Positions 1 to 8,039 of a DNA stretch of 32,000 nucleotides are shown here, piece after piece. The stretch covers positions 791,930 to 823,929 of the forward strand of contig NZ_CP124549.1 in the NCBI RefSeq assembly GCF_030253515.1, in the 5' to 3' direction. This stretch comes from Candidatus Nanosynbacter lyticus. GTDB lineage: Bacteria > Patescibacteriota > Saccharimonadia > Saccharimonadales > Saccharimonadaceae. The notes beneath the pieces were generated by a model. The model ran no database searches. It was given only the letters and a program-made list of their open reading frames with translations, and had not been told where the DNA came from. The position numbers and the translations under genes are program-made. Every line of letters begins with the position of its first letter. The stretch's first letter is position 1.

Positions 1-248
1 TCATCTGCATCACCGTCACTGGCCTGTGGATTTTACAACCAGTCGTCATATGGCTACTCGTCCAACTGTTCGGAATAACCAGCACTTTTGGTTTGAGCAT
101 GGCAAAATTAGCCGCCACCAGCATCAGTCTGATGTGGAATTTCGTATGGTACCGAATCGTATTTCAAGGAACAAAGAAAAAACACCTCCGTAGAAGTGTC
201 TTTTCTTGGCTCCGGGGGCGGGGTTCGAACCCGCGGCCTATTGGTTAA
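1..248 (+). CDS. GtrA-family membrane protein, 3' fragment (5' end lies outside the window)
   Basis: Frame 3 is open from the window edge to TAA at 246-248. The tail ...GLSMAKLAATSISLMWNFVWYRIVFQGTKKK resembles the C-terminus of the complete GtrA-like ORF at 29375-29800 (...KLIATVASLIWNYLLYTNVVFKD). The last ~14 codons run antisense through tRNA-Asn. Confidence 0.5.
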   Translation, partial: ICITVTGLWILQPVVIWLLVQLFGITSTFGLSMAKLAATSISLMWNFVWYRIVFQGTKKKHLRRSVFSWLRGRGSNPRPIG

Positions 249-281
249 CAGCCAACCGCTCTACCGCTGAGCTACCCCGGA
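207..281 (-). tRNA. tRNA-Asn (anticodon GTT), CCA encoded
   Basis: The reverse complement reads TCCGGGG-TA-GCTC-AGCGGTA-GAGC-G-GTTGG-CTGTTAA-CCAAT-AGGCC-GCGGG-TTCGAAC-CCCGC-CCCCGGA-G-CCA. It has a 7-bp acceptor stem, D, anticodon and T stems all paired, a TTCGAAC T-loop and a CT-GTT-AA anticodon loop. Length is 75 nt. Confidence 0.9.
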
Positions 282-292
282 ATACGTGTCGT

Positions 293-320
293 ATTATAGC
301 GAGTTTTCAATCAGTTGTAA
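293..320 (-). promoter_or_regulatory. Putative promoter of tRNA-Asn (-35 TTACAA, 16-nt spacer, -10 TATAAT)
   Basis: On the minus strand, TATAAT (293-298) lies 11 nt upstream of the mature tRNA 5' end. TTACAA (315-320) lies 16 nt further upstream. Confidence 0.45.
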
Positions 321-322
321 AG

Positions 323-655
323 TTACCGGCGGACGATTTCCAGGGCTTTTTTCAAGATCTCTGTCTCCAGGCGCGATTTCTCATCATCCATCGCTTCCCG
401 CTGCTTAATCTCCTTTGCCAAATTTTGCCACCACGCCTCTTTTTCCGACTGGCACAGCGCCAGTGACCGCACCTCGCCGTCGCGCTTATCTAACATCCCG
501 GCCGCCACCAGGTTATCGACATGCTTCGCCACCGTTGAGACCGACTTATACCCCAGTGCCTGCATAATTTCCCGCAGCGTCGGGCTATAGCCATTACCCT
601 TGATAAAGCCATCGATGAAATCTAGCAGTATTTTTTGCTTTTTTGTTGGCTGCAT
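323..655 (-). CDS. LexA-N-terminal-domain (winged helix) transcriptional regulator, no S24 peptidase domain
   Basis: 110 aa. The segment LLDFIDGFIKGNGYSPTLREIMQALGYKSVSTVAKHVDNLVAAGMLDKRDGEVRSLAL matches the LexA DNA-binding-domain pattern (GYxPSxREI...STVxxHLxxLxxKGxIxR). The C-terminal ~45 aa are a charged helical tail (EKEAWWQNLAKEIKQREAMDDEKSRLETEILKKALEIVRR) rather than a Ser/Lys autocleavage domain. Confidence 0.65.
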   Translation of the reverse strand: MQPTKKQKILLDFIDGFIKGNGYSPTLREIMQALGYKSVSTVAKHVDNLVAAGMLDKRDGEVRSLALCQSEKEAWWQNLAKEIKQREAMDDEKSRLETEILKKALEIVRR

Positions 656-700
656 GCCTTTAGTATAACCTGCCCGAGTTATTTGCGCTATACTAAAGAG
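656..700. promoter_or_regulatory. 45-bp divergent promoter region with two back-to-back -10 boxes, each 6 nt from its start codon; the arms form a 10-bp perfect inverted repeat
   Basis: Minus strand: TATACT (662-667), then 6 nt, then ATG at 655. Plus strand: TATACT (689-694), then 6 nt, then GTG at 701. CTTTAGTATA (658-667) is the exact reverse complement of TATACTAAAG (689-698). Confidence 0.55.
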
Positions 701-2188
701 GTGAAGCGAATATCATCGACGATACGTGTGTGGCTGCTGGCCGCCGTACTGTTTGGCGGCGCACTGTCCTTGCAGCCGAGCATCAGCCTGGCAATGCTCG
801 ATTTTCCATCATTCCGCATTGGACTATATCAAGTGGCGGTGATCGGCGTGGTTGGCTGCGGTCTTGGCATAATGGTGCGCCAGCGACTGTGGCCTCGGGG
901 GCGATGGTGGTGGCTGAGCATTGGTATGCTGGCTGTCACCAGTATCGTTGGGCTGTTATTATCTTATGTCCGAGCGCGTACCGCATTATATACGGCATCG
1001 CTTTTATTGCTGCTGGTGGCCGCGGTATGTGCTGCTCTGATGTACCGGTCACTATCAGCGGGCAATCGGCGGCGCCTCATGACAATTGGCTTGTGGAGCG
1101 GCATCGTGTTTGGTGTGTTAGCGGTGCTGCAGCTCATCTTTGCTCACGTTGAGCCAACGGCGTTTGGTACGCTCTGCTCGGGCTGTCATGCTGGCGTGTT
1201 TGGCTTTGTCAGGATTAATCTGTTTGCTGCTGAGCCGCAATTTTTAGCAAGCAGCTTACTGCCAGCCCTGTTCGTTGGACTGTGCTGGCGAGAGCGACGG
1301 CGGCTGGCTGGCTGGAGCGTTTTTGGTAGCAGCGTGGCAATCAGCCTCACGTTTTCGCGCGGCGCGTTTATCGCGATAATTGGTGCGGGTATCGTGTATG
1401 GTATCGTCCGCTGGTGGCAGCGGTGTAGAAGCGGGTCTCGTTCTATTGACACCGTGGAGCCTATTCGTCGTGATACGTGGCGTCAGCTCGGCATCATCAC
1501 GGCCGGGTTTGTGGTTGGATGCACTCTACTGCTGGTATCAGCGGTGGTTCGCTATCACAACACACCGCATATTGCCTATAATACTGCAGTGAGCATGCTT
1601 GACCAGTTGTCGCTCGGCCGCATTAAATTACCGCAAAAAAATACCATCCCAACGCCGGGCAGCACGCCCTCACCGCAGGTACCGCCAACCAGCGAGACTA
1701 CAGCACCAGAGGCACCGCCCGCCACCCAGCCAAACCCGCTCGCACCATCAGCCAATTTCCAGCCATCGGGTTTCGTCGCCGCTTCGGCTAATGACCGACT
1801 CAACGCCGCTCGACTGGCGCTCCGAGCCTGGGCAGTAAGTCCACGCACCATACTCTTTGGGACTGGCCTTGGCAATCTCGGCAGCTTTATCCAACACCAG
1901 CTGCATCAACCGGTATCGACCGATCACACGGTGTATATTTTCTACGTTTTGCTGCTGAGTAATATTGGCGTTGTCGGTATGATACCGCTTCTAGCACTGC
2001 TTGCCGTCACGCTATGGCGCAGTGGCCGATGGCTACTAAAACCGTGGGGGCAATTTGCCTTACTATTAACGACGGCTATCGCCATCCACTTTTGGTTTTT
2101 TGGCAGCTTGATCAACTCGGTGCACTGCCTTGCATGGATTGGTATTTTCTTGTATAATCACCCCAAAGGTCATGAAGAAGAACTCTGA
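701..2188 (+). CDS. O-antigen ligase / polymerase-like polytopic membrane protein (Wzy_C-type)
   Basis: The protein is long, with many TM helices and a large loop late in the sequence followed by more TMs (...NDRLNAARLALRAWAVSPRTILFGTGLGNLGSF...), as in the O-antigen ligase family. GTG 701 is chosen over the tracked TTG 635 because of the TATACT-N6 signal and because 635 overlaps the divergent gene. The start remains uncertain. Confidence 0.65.
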   Translation: MKRISSTIRVWLLAAVLFGGALSLQPSISLAMLDFPSFRIGLYQVAVIGVVGCGLGIMVRQRLWPRGRWWWLSIGMLAVTSIVGLLLSYVRARTALYTASLLLLLVAAVCAALMYRSLSAGNRRRLMTIGLWSGIVFGVLAVLQLIFAHVEPTAFGTLCSGCHAGVFGFVRINLFAAEPQFLASSLLPALFVGLCWRERRRLAGWSVFGSSVAISLTFSRGAFIAIIGAGIVYGIVRWWQRCRSGSRSIDTVEPIRRDTWRQLGIITAGFVVGCTLLLVSAVVRYHNTPHIAYNTAVSMLDQLSLGRIKLPQKNTIPTPGSTPSPQVPPTSETTAPEAPPATQPNPLAPSANFQPSGFVAASANDRLNAARLALRAWAVSPRTILFGTGLGNLGSFIQHQLHQPVSTDHTVYIFYVLLLSNIGVVGMIPLLALLAVTLWRSGRWLLKPWGQFALLLTTAIAIHFWFFGSLINSVHCLAWIGIFLYNHPKGHEEEL

Positions 2189-3596
2189 TTTTTACTTCAA
2201 ATTGGTGTTGATCGGGCTGGACGTACTGGCGCTAGTTGGTGCGTTCACGGCGGCATACATCATGCGCGTATCACTCGACACGCGACCCTTCCATGTGCAA
2301 ATTGGGGCGCTGGAGTTTATCACGTCGATTGTGCTGATGCTGCCGCTGTGGGTTGTCTTGTTCTCGTTTTTTGGGCTATACGACCGTGAGCACTACATTC
2401 ATCCGCTGCGTGAATTTTGGCGACTGGGCATGGCGGCGGTTTGCGGCATCATGATGATGATTTCCTTTAGCTTCTTTAGCAACACACCGCTCTTTCCGGC
2501 CAAGATGGTGGTGATTTATGCGCTGATCATCAGCTTTGTCATCTTGCTCATCCTGCGTAGCGCTGCCAATATCGTGCGGCTGCATCTGCTGCGCAAAAAC
2601 ATCGGCATCAAGCGTGTGGCGCTGGTCGGCAATGCCGAATCGACGCGAACGCTGGCAGAGTTTATCAGCGCCTATCCGTCAACTGGCTTTCATCTCAGTG
2701 CTATTGTGTCCAAAGATGAGCTTATCCCGCCGCGACTCAAGGGTTTGCGGCGTTCGACATTGGCATCGGCCTTGACTCGCGATAAAATTGACGCCATTAT
2801 TCAGACCGACACTGCTCGCAGCGAAGCGCACTATAACTTGGCGGAGCAGCACTATCTTGATTTTTATCAAGCGCCAGCCCTCGACGGCCTGATGACGGCG
2901 CGCCATACGGTGGAGATTATCAATTCCGTGCCGCTAGCGTACATTCACCCAACGCCGCTAGCTACCGGCTACGGACGCGTGGTCAAACGGTTGATGGATC
3001 TCATCGGTGCGACCATTGGTATTATCATTACCTCGCCGATTATGCTGCTGGTAGCAATCGCCGTTAAGCTCGGCGACCCGCGCGGCCCCGTGCTGATGCA
3101 TGGGCGGCAGCGGCGACGCTTGACCCAGTTTAATCGCCCGTTCAAGGTGTATAAATTTCGTTCACACTACGCCAAGTTTGACGGCAAAACTGACGAGGAG
3201 GTGTTCGCGATGATTGGTAAACCGGAGCTGATCGACGAATATCGGCAAAACGGTGATCGGCTCAACCACGACTTTCGCGTCACACCGGTCGGTCGTTTCA
3301 TTCGCCGGTTTAGTCTCGACGAGCTGCCGCAGTTATTTAACGTTATCAAGGGCGATATTAGCCTCGTTGGGCCGCGGGCGCTGGTGCCGCACGAGCTGAG
3401 CAATTACGAGAAAAAGCACACGCTACTGACGGTCAAGTCTGGCCTGACTGGCCTAGCGGTTGTGTCGGGGCGGCGCAGTATCGGCTTTGAAGAGCGGCGG
3501 CGACTGGATCTTTATTATGTACAAAACTGGAGTTTGTGGCTGGATATCACCATCCTCCTCAAGACCTGCCTGGTCATCTTTAAGAAGGAGCCGTGA
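2172..3596 (+). CDS. Polyprenyl-phosphate glycosylphosphotransferase (WbaP/CpsE-type initiating sugar transferase)
   Basis: N-terminal TM bundle followed by a C-terminal bacterial sugar transferase domain: [38 protein letters not shown]...FKVYKFRS...[21 protein letters not shown]...[20 protein letters not shown] 2172 (MKKNSDFYF) overlaps the upstream stop. Confidence 0.85.
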   Translation: MKKNSDFYFKLVLIGLDVLALVGAFTAAYIMRVSLDTRPFHVQIGALEFITSIVLMLPLWVVLFSFFGLYDREHYIHPLREFWRLGMAAVCGIMMMISFSFFSNTPLFPAKMVVIYALIISFVILLILRSAANIVRLHLLRKNIGIKRVALVGNAESTRTLAEFISAYPSTGFHLSAIVSKDELIPPRLKGLRRSTLASALTRDKIDAIIQTDTARSEAHYNLAEQHYLDFYQAPALDGLMTARHTVEIINSVPLAYIHPTPLATGYGRVVKRLMDLIGATIGIIITSPIMLLVAIAVKLGDPRGPVLMHGRQRRRLTQFNRPFKVYKFRSHYAKFDGKTDEEVFAMIGKPELIDEYRQNGDRLNHDFRVTPVGRFIRRFSLDELPQLFNVIKGDISLVGPRALVPHELSNYEKKHTLLTVKSGLTGLAVVSGRRSIGFEERRRLDLYYVQNWSLWLDITILLKTCLVIFKKEP

Positions 3597-4741
3597 TGCG
3601 CACCCAGCCGACCATTGCGATCGTTCATGACTGGTTGTATGGCGGCGGCGCCGAGCAGGTTGTTTTGGCGCTCCACCAGCTCTATCCTGAGGCCCCGATT
3701 TATACCTCGTACTGCTCGAGAACGTGGCGAGAGAAGCTTGATAACAAGGTGGTGACCGGGTATTTGCAGCATTGGCCATTCGCTCAGCTCAGGCGACTGC
3801 TGCCGGTACTCAGGCAGCGGTGGTTTGCGCGGCTGGATCTCGGGCAATTTGATATTATCATTTCCAGCTCTGGTAACGGCGAGGCCAAGTTTATCCGAAC
3901 CACCCGCCCCGATCAACGACATATCTGTTATTGTCATACGCCGACGCATTTTTATTGGCGGCACTACCAGGAATACCTGCGTCGACCGAGCTTTCGACCG
4001 CGGTGGCTGGCGCGACTGGGCTTGCGGCTGCTAGTCCGGCCCCTCCGGCGACGTGATTATCAGGCGGCGCAGCGGGTTGATGTTTTCTTGGCTAATTCCA
4101 CCGCCATTCAAGCTGATATCAAGCAATTCTATGACCGAGACAGTATCGTCGTCTTTCCGCCGGTACAAACAACCAGCTTTATGGCGCTCGCAAAAACCAG
4201 GCCACGCTCCGTCACACTACCCACCCGGCCGCGCTGCCTGGTGTGGGGGCGACTGGTGCCGATGAAGCGGCTGGACTTGGTAATTCAGGCCTGTCAGCAG
4301 CTTGGTTGGCCACTGGACATCATGGGCGATGGGCCTGATCGCGAGCGGCTGGAGAAGCTGGCGGGTGACTCGACGCGCTTTCTTGGCTACGTCAGTGACG
4401 AGGCCCGGGCTGCCGCCATTCAACAAGCCGACTTATTTATCTTTACCGCCCACGAAGATTTTGGCGTCGCACCAGTCGAAGCCTTGGCCGCCGGACTACC
4501 GGTGGTAGCGTACCAGGCCGGTGGCGCGCTGGATTATATCAACCCCGGTAAGAACGGCTGGTTTTTTGCTGAACAAACAGTTGAGAGCTTGGTAGCAACG
4601 CTACAGACACTGCCTGGTCAACAGGTCTCGCCGCGGGCCATCGCCGCTTCCGCTAAACCATTTGCCGAACATGCCTTTACACTCGCTATAAAGAAAATTA
4701 TAACCAACGAAAGGAGGGGTGCTCATGCGCATCGCCATTGA
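3596..4741 (+). CDS. Glycosyltransferase family 4 (GT-B, Glycos_transf_1)
   Basis: IAIVHDWLYGGGAEQVV at the N-terminus and EDFGVAPVEALAAGLPVVAYQAGGALDYI (the E-x7-E-type GT4 motif) at the C-terminus. GAAGGAG SD lies 5 nt before ATG 3596, which overlaps the upstream TGA by 1 nt. Confidence 0.8.
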   Translation: MRTQPTIAIVHDWLYGGGAEQVVLALHQLYPEAPIYTSYCSRTWREKLDNKVVTGYLQHWPFAQLRRLLPVLRQRWFARLDLGQFDIIISSSGNGEAKFIRTTRPDQRHICYCHTPTHFYWRHYQEYLRRPSFRPRWLARLGLRLLVRPLRRRDYQAAQRVDVFLANSTAIQADIKQFYDRDSIVVFPPVQTTSFMALAKTRPRSVTLPTRPRCLVWGRLVPMKRLDLVIQACQQLGWPLDIMGDGPDRERLEKLAGDSTRFLGYVSDEARAAAIQQADLFIFTAHEDFGVAPVEALAAGLPVVAYQAGGALDYINPGKNGWFFAEQTVESLVATLQTLPGQQVSPRAIAASAKPFAEHAFTLAIKKIITNERRGAHAHRH

Positions 4742-5831
4742 TGCTCGTACATTGCGGACGAGCACCGGCCGTTACGTCGAACGGCTGATTCACTATTTAC
4801 AAAAAATTGATAACAGGAATGACTATATTATCTTGCTCAAGCCAAAAGACATGGATAGCTGGCAGGCCGATAACCCGCGCTTTCAGAAAGTCGCCTGTCC
4901 ATTTGCTGAGTTTTCATTCGCCGAGCAGCGGGGTTTTAAGAAACAGCTGGAGGAGCTGCGCCCAGATCTCGTCCATTTTGCAATGGTTCAGCAGCCCGTG
5001 TGGTATCACGCCAGCCCAGTCGTCACCACCATGCAAGACCTCACCACCGTTCGGTTCAACAACCCTGACAAAAACCCGGTAGTCTTTTGGGTGAAGCAGC
5101 AAATTTATAAATGGGTCAACAAAAAAGTTGCTAGAAAGTCAGCTCATATTATCACCATCTCTGAATTCGTCAAGCGTGACTTGGTGGACTTTACCGGGGT
5201 CAGTCCAGACAAGATTACCGTGACACTTGAATCCGCTGACGAGCTACCAAAGGGTAATGATCCGGTCAAGGAGCTGGTTGGCAAAAAGTTCATCATGTAT
5301 GTTGGCCGGCCGACGCCGCATAAAAATTTGCGGCGACTAATTGACGCATTTGAATTATTGCAACAAAAACACCCCGAGCTGACGCTGGCGTTGGCTGGAA
5401 AAAAGGACGGTAACTACGCTCGCCATGAAGCGTATGTTACTGAACGCGGTATGACAAATGTCATCTTCACCGGTTTTGTGTCGGACGAGCAACTGCGCTG
5501 GATGTACGAGCATACGGCTGTGTATTGCTTCCCGTCGCTGAGCGAGGGCTTTGGCCTGCCGGGTCTCGAAGCCATGCTACACGGCGCACCGGTCGCCTCA
5601 AGCACCGCCACTTGCCTACCAGAAACACATGGCGAGGCGGCGCATTATTTCGACCCATATAATGTCGAGGACATGGCGCGGGCAATTGATGAGATTTTGA
5701 CTGACGAGAAACGACGCCACGAGCTCATCAAGAAGGGTAAGCAGCACGTCAAAACTTTCTCGTGGCAGCGAATGGCCGAGCAGACGTTGGCGGTATATGA
5801 GCAGTACGGCCGCCAGAGCACCAACTCATAG
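4725..5831 (+). CDS. Glycosyltransferase family 4
   Basis: MRIAIDARTL... at the N-terminus and PSLSEGFGLPGLEAMLHGAPVASSTATCLPE at the C-terminus. AGGAGG SD lies 7 nt before ATG 4725. Confidence 0.8.
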   Translation: MRIAIDARTLRTSTGRYVERLIHYLQKIDNRNDYIILLKPKDMDSWQADNPRFQKVACPFAEFSFAEQRGFKKQLEELRPDLVHFAMVQQPVWYHASPVVTTMQDLTTVRFNNPDKNPVVFWVKQQIYKWVNKKVARKSAHIITISEFVKRDLVDFTGVSPDKITVTLESADELPKGNDPVKELVGKKFIMYVGRPTPHKNLRRLIDAFELLQQKHPELTLALAGKKDGNYARHEAYVTERGMTNVIFTGFVSDEQLRWMYEHTAVYCFPSLSEGFGLPGLEAMLHGAPVASSTATCLPETHGEAAHYFDPYNVEDMARAIDEILTDEKRRHELIKKGKQHVKTFSWQRMAEQTLAVYEQYGRQSTNS

Positions 5832-5908
5832 AGGACAATCCTGGCTCATTCACACGAGGCACTTACGTCTGCAACCATAACTTTTTAGACTGCGGCTCGG
5901 CTACTGGG

Positions 5909-6952
5909 CTATTTTTGCAATTTCTTCGCGATGTCGCCACACTTGGCGGCCACATCCCGCCGTGCCACCAACACACCGTCTGGTGTGTTGACCACCACCA
6001 CATTATCAAGGCCGATGACTGCTACTGGCTTATCCGGCTGCTCGTTGCGAATATAGGTACTAGCGACGTCAATGGCATGAATGTTGTCACCGTATGCGTA
6101 ATTACCCGACTCATCCTTGGCGACCGCGTCGTGTAGATCCTTAAAATTACCGATGTCCATCCAGTCAAAGCTAGCCGATACCATAGCCAGCTGATGAGCT
6201 TTTTCGATCAGGGCGATGTCGATGACTTGATTATCTAGCGCCAGGTACGCGTGATTGTAGGCCTCGCTACCAAAGTCAGCAATTGACGCCAGCGTCTGAT
6301 AGTTCGACCACAAATCTGGAGCGCTCTGCTGCATTTCACGCATAAACACCTCGACCGAGCCAACAAAGTAGCCACAATTCCACAAATAATTTCCCGACTC
6401 AACATACCGCTTCGCTGTCTCGTAATTGGGCTTTTCCTTGAATGACTCGACATTATAGACGCCCGCTTGAGCATCAATCACCCCATCGCGCTGAATATAA
6501 CCAAAGCCAGTTGACGGGAAGGTCGGCTCAATGCCAATAAGCGTAATACAACCACGCTCGCGAGAAATGCGCGCTGCTGTAGCAAACGAGTGGGCAAACC
6601 CCTGGACGTCACGTACATTATGATCGGAATGAATAAAGGCAATCGGCTCAGTCCGGTCATGGTGGCGATTGATATAATCCAGGGCCAACACGATACAGTG
6701 CGCCGTCCCCCGCCGTCCCGGCTCGATCAAAAAGGCCTCGTCCGGCAGCTCCGGCAGCTGCGCCCGTAGCGCCCCGGCGTGGCTGGCCTCGGTCACCACA
6801 TAAATGGTATCACCGAGCTTTCTGGCCCGGTCATAGGCTTGTTGGACCATAGTGCGCTCACTAGTTAACGCCAAAAGTTGTTTTGGTTGAGTGGAGGTTG
6901 AGAGTGGCCAGAGGCGAGTGCCTGAACCACCAGCAATAATTACAGCTATCAT
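5909..6952 (-). CDS. manC: Mannose-1-phosphate guanylyltransferase-like nucleotidyltransferase (ManC/CpsB N-terminal type)
   Basis: MIAVIIAGGSGTRLWPLSTSTQPKQLL is the signature nucleotidyl-transferase G-loop of GDP-mannose pyrophosphorylases. 347 aa, with no obvious C-terminal cupin isomerase domain. Confidence 0.7.
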   Translation of the reverse strand: MIAVIIAGGSGTRLWPLSTSTQPKQLLALTSERTMVQQAYDRARKLGDTIYVVTEASHAGALRAQLPELPDEAFLIEPGRRGTAHCIVLALDYINRHHDRTEPIAFIHSDHNVRDVQGFAHSFATAARISRERGCITLIGIEPTFPSTGFGYIQRDGVIDAQAGVYNVESFKEKPNYETAKRYVESGNYLWNCGYFVGSVEVFMREMQQSAPDLWSNYQTLASIADFGSEAYNHAYLALDNQVIDIALIEKAHQLAMVSASFDWMDIGNFKDLHDAVAKDESGNYAYGDNIHAIDVASTYIRNEQPDKPVAVIGLDNVVVVNTPDGVLVARRDVAAKCGDIAKKLQK

Positions 6953-6965
6953 ACTATATAGTATA
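6953..6965 (-). promoter_or_regulatory. -10 box TATACT, 7 nt upstream of the manC ATG (leaderless-type)
   Basis: The minus strand reads GGTATACT-atatagt-ATG. The box is at 6960-6965. Confidence 0.5.
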
Positions 6966-7030
6966 CCGGGTTAGGAGTGCAAACGCCACCTATTCTTTAG
7001 AGGATCTCGCACCCATATCACAATGGGCCA

Positions 7031-7990
7031 CTAGCGAGACCCGTCAGCGTCAACACCAACCTTGTAACCAAATAACATTGCTATAGCTTCTACTCTATCA
7101 AAGAACTCCTGTATCCGCTCGATCGTTGGATCTTTTGGCATTAATGTAAGTTCTTTTAGTATCATATCGCGCAGAGCAGCCTTCTTATCATCAAGCTCGT
7201 TCAGCAATTTGATGCGCTGTAGCTCGGCTGCATAGTCCTGAGGAGCCTCAGACTCCCTTCCTAGTAATATGTGGGCCTGCATTTCAGCTTGTTCGTAGCG
7301 CTTTCGGTCAAAATCAAGATTATCCGTTTCCTGCTCAACCATTGACTTTGGATATATCAGGTCGACCTTAATTTCACCGACACGCTCTCCATTAGCCATT
7401 GCCGCCAGAACAGTATAGTACATATATAGCCAGTTGTTCATTCCCGGTGCATCTGAAGGATAATCTAATAGGTGCTGCATCCCTTGACGATTGTAGCCCC
7501 GTGGACCAGCGAGTGCATCCGCCGGCATCCCTAGTATATACTCAAATAACCAGCCGATCAATTTTTCGGTACGCCGCTGGAATGGCGGCATTGATTCTTT
7601 CGAAGCCTCCGTCCGTCCGATAACGACAACTGAACACTTCTTCAACATCTCAGCAATCTTGAGTGCAAGATGTGCCATTGACTTCTCTGGCTCGAGAGTG
7701 ATAATTTTATTTCCACCTTGATCTATGACAAATTTTGCACCTTCCCGTCGCTGACTGGCAATTCCCAACCGACGAGCAGATCGTACAAAAGCCCCGCGCG
7801 CGCGGAAGGCACCTGCGACTTTATCATCTGGCGACCCATCAATCACGACAAGTGGCAATTCTTGTTCGGACCACTCCTCTGCAGTATTAAGCGCAGCCTC
7901 AAGGCGAACATCGTCAGTATCAGGATAAAACGTCGCCGTCACTCCGACAGCCGGTGCTCCCTCTATAGGAGGGCTATTCCTTGGACTCAT
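7031..7990 (-). CDS. Hypothetical protein, divergent GT-A-fold glycosyltransferase-like, with a C-terminal helical extension
   Basis: 319 aa. LPLVVIDGSPDDKV resembles the GT2/GT81 'DxGSTD' nucleotide-binding segment. KIITLEPEKS sits where a DXD motif is expected. ALAGPRGYNRQGMQHLL and GERVGEIKVDLIYP resemble the acceptor-loop and C-terminal strands of GT-A enzymes. These similarities were judged by eye only. Confidence 0.4.
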   Translation of the reverse strand: MSPRNSPPIEGAPAVGVTATFYPDTDDVRLEAALNTAEEWSEQELPLVVIDGSPDDKVAGAFRARGAFVRSARRLGIASQRREGAKFVIDQGGNKIITLEPEKSMAHLALKIAEMLKKCSVVVIGRTEASKESMPPFQRRTEKLIGWLFEYILGMPADALAGPRGYNRQGMQHLLDYPSDAPGMNNWLYMYYTVLAAMANGERVGEIKVDLIYPKSMVEQETDNLDFDRKRYEQAEMQAHILLGRESEAPQDYAAELQRIKLLNELDDKKAALRDMILKELTLMPKDPTIERIQEFFDRVEAIAMLFGYKVGVDADGSR

Positions 7991-8024
7991 GCTCTCATTT
8001 TAACACAAAAGTTTAATTTGTCAA
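7991..8024 (-). promoter_or_regulatory. Complete sigma70-type promoter: TTGACA, 16 nt, TGtTAAAAT, 6 nt, ATG (leaderless-type)
   Basis: Minus strand: TTGACA (8019-8024), a 16-nt spacer, extended -10 TGTTAAAAT (7997-8005), then gagagc and ATG at 7990. Confidence 0.6.
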
Positions 8025-8039
8025 TAACAAATCTGGTCT

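Noticed and set aside
635-700. Tracked TTG start at 635 for the ligase-like ORF. Similar 5' extensions occur at 2130, 3593, 4719, 23815, 26914 and 28127.
   Set aside because: The extensions overlap divergent or upstream genes and add non-homologous residues. Downstream in-frame ATG/GTG codons carry either a -10-N6/7 signal or an SD at proper spacing (701, 2172, 3596, 4725, 23947, 27040, 28193).
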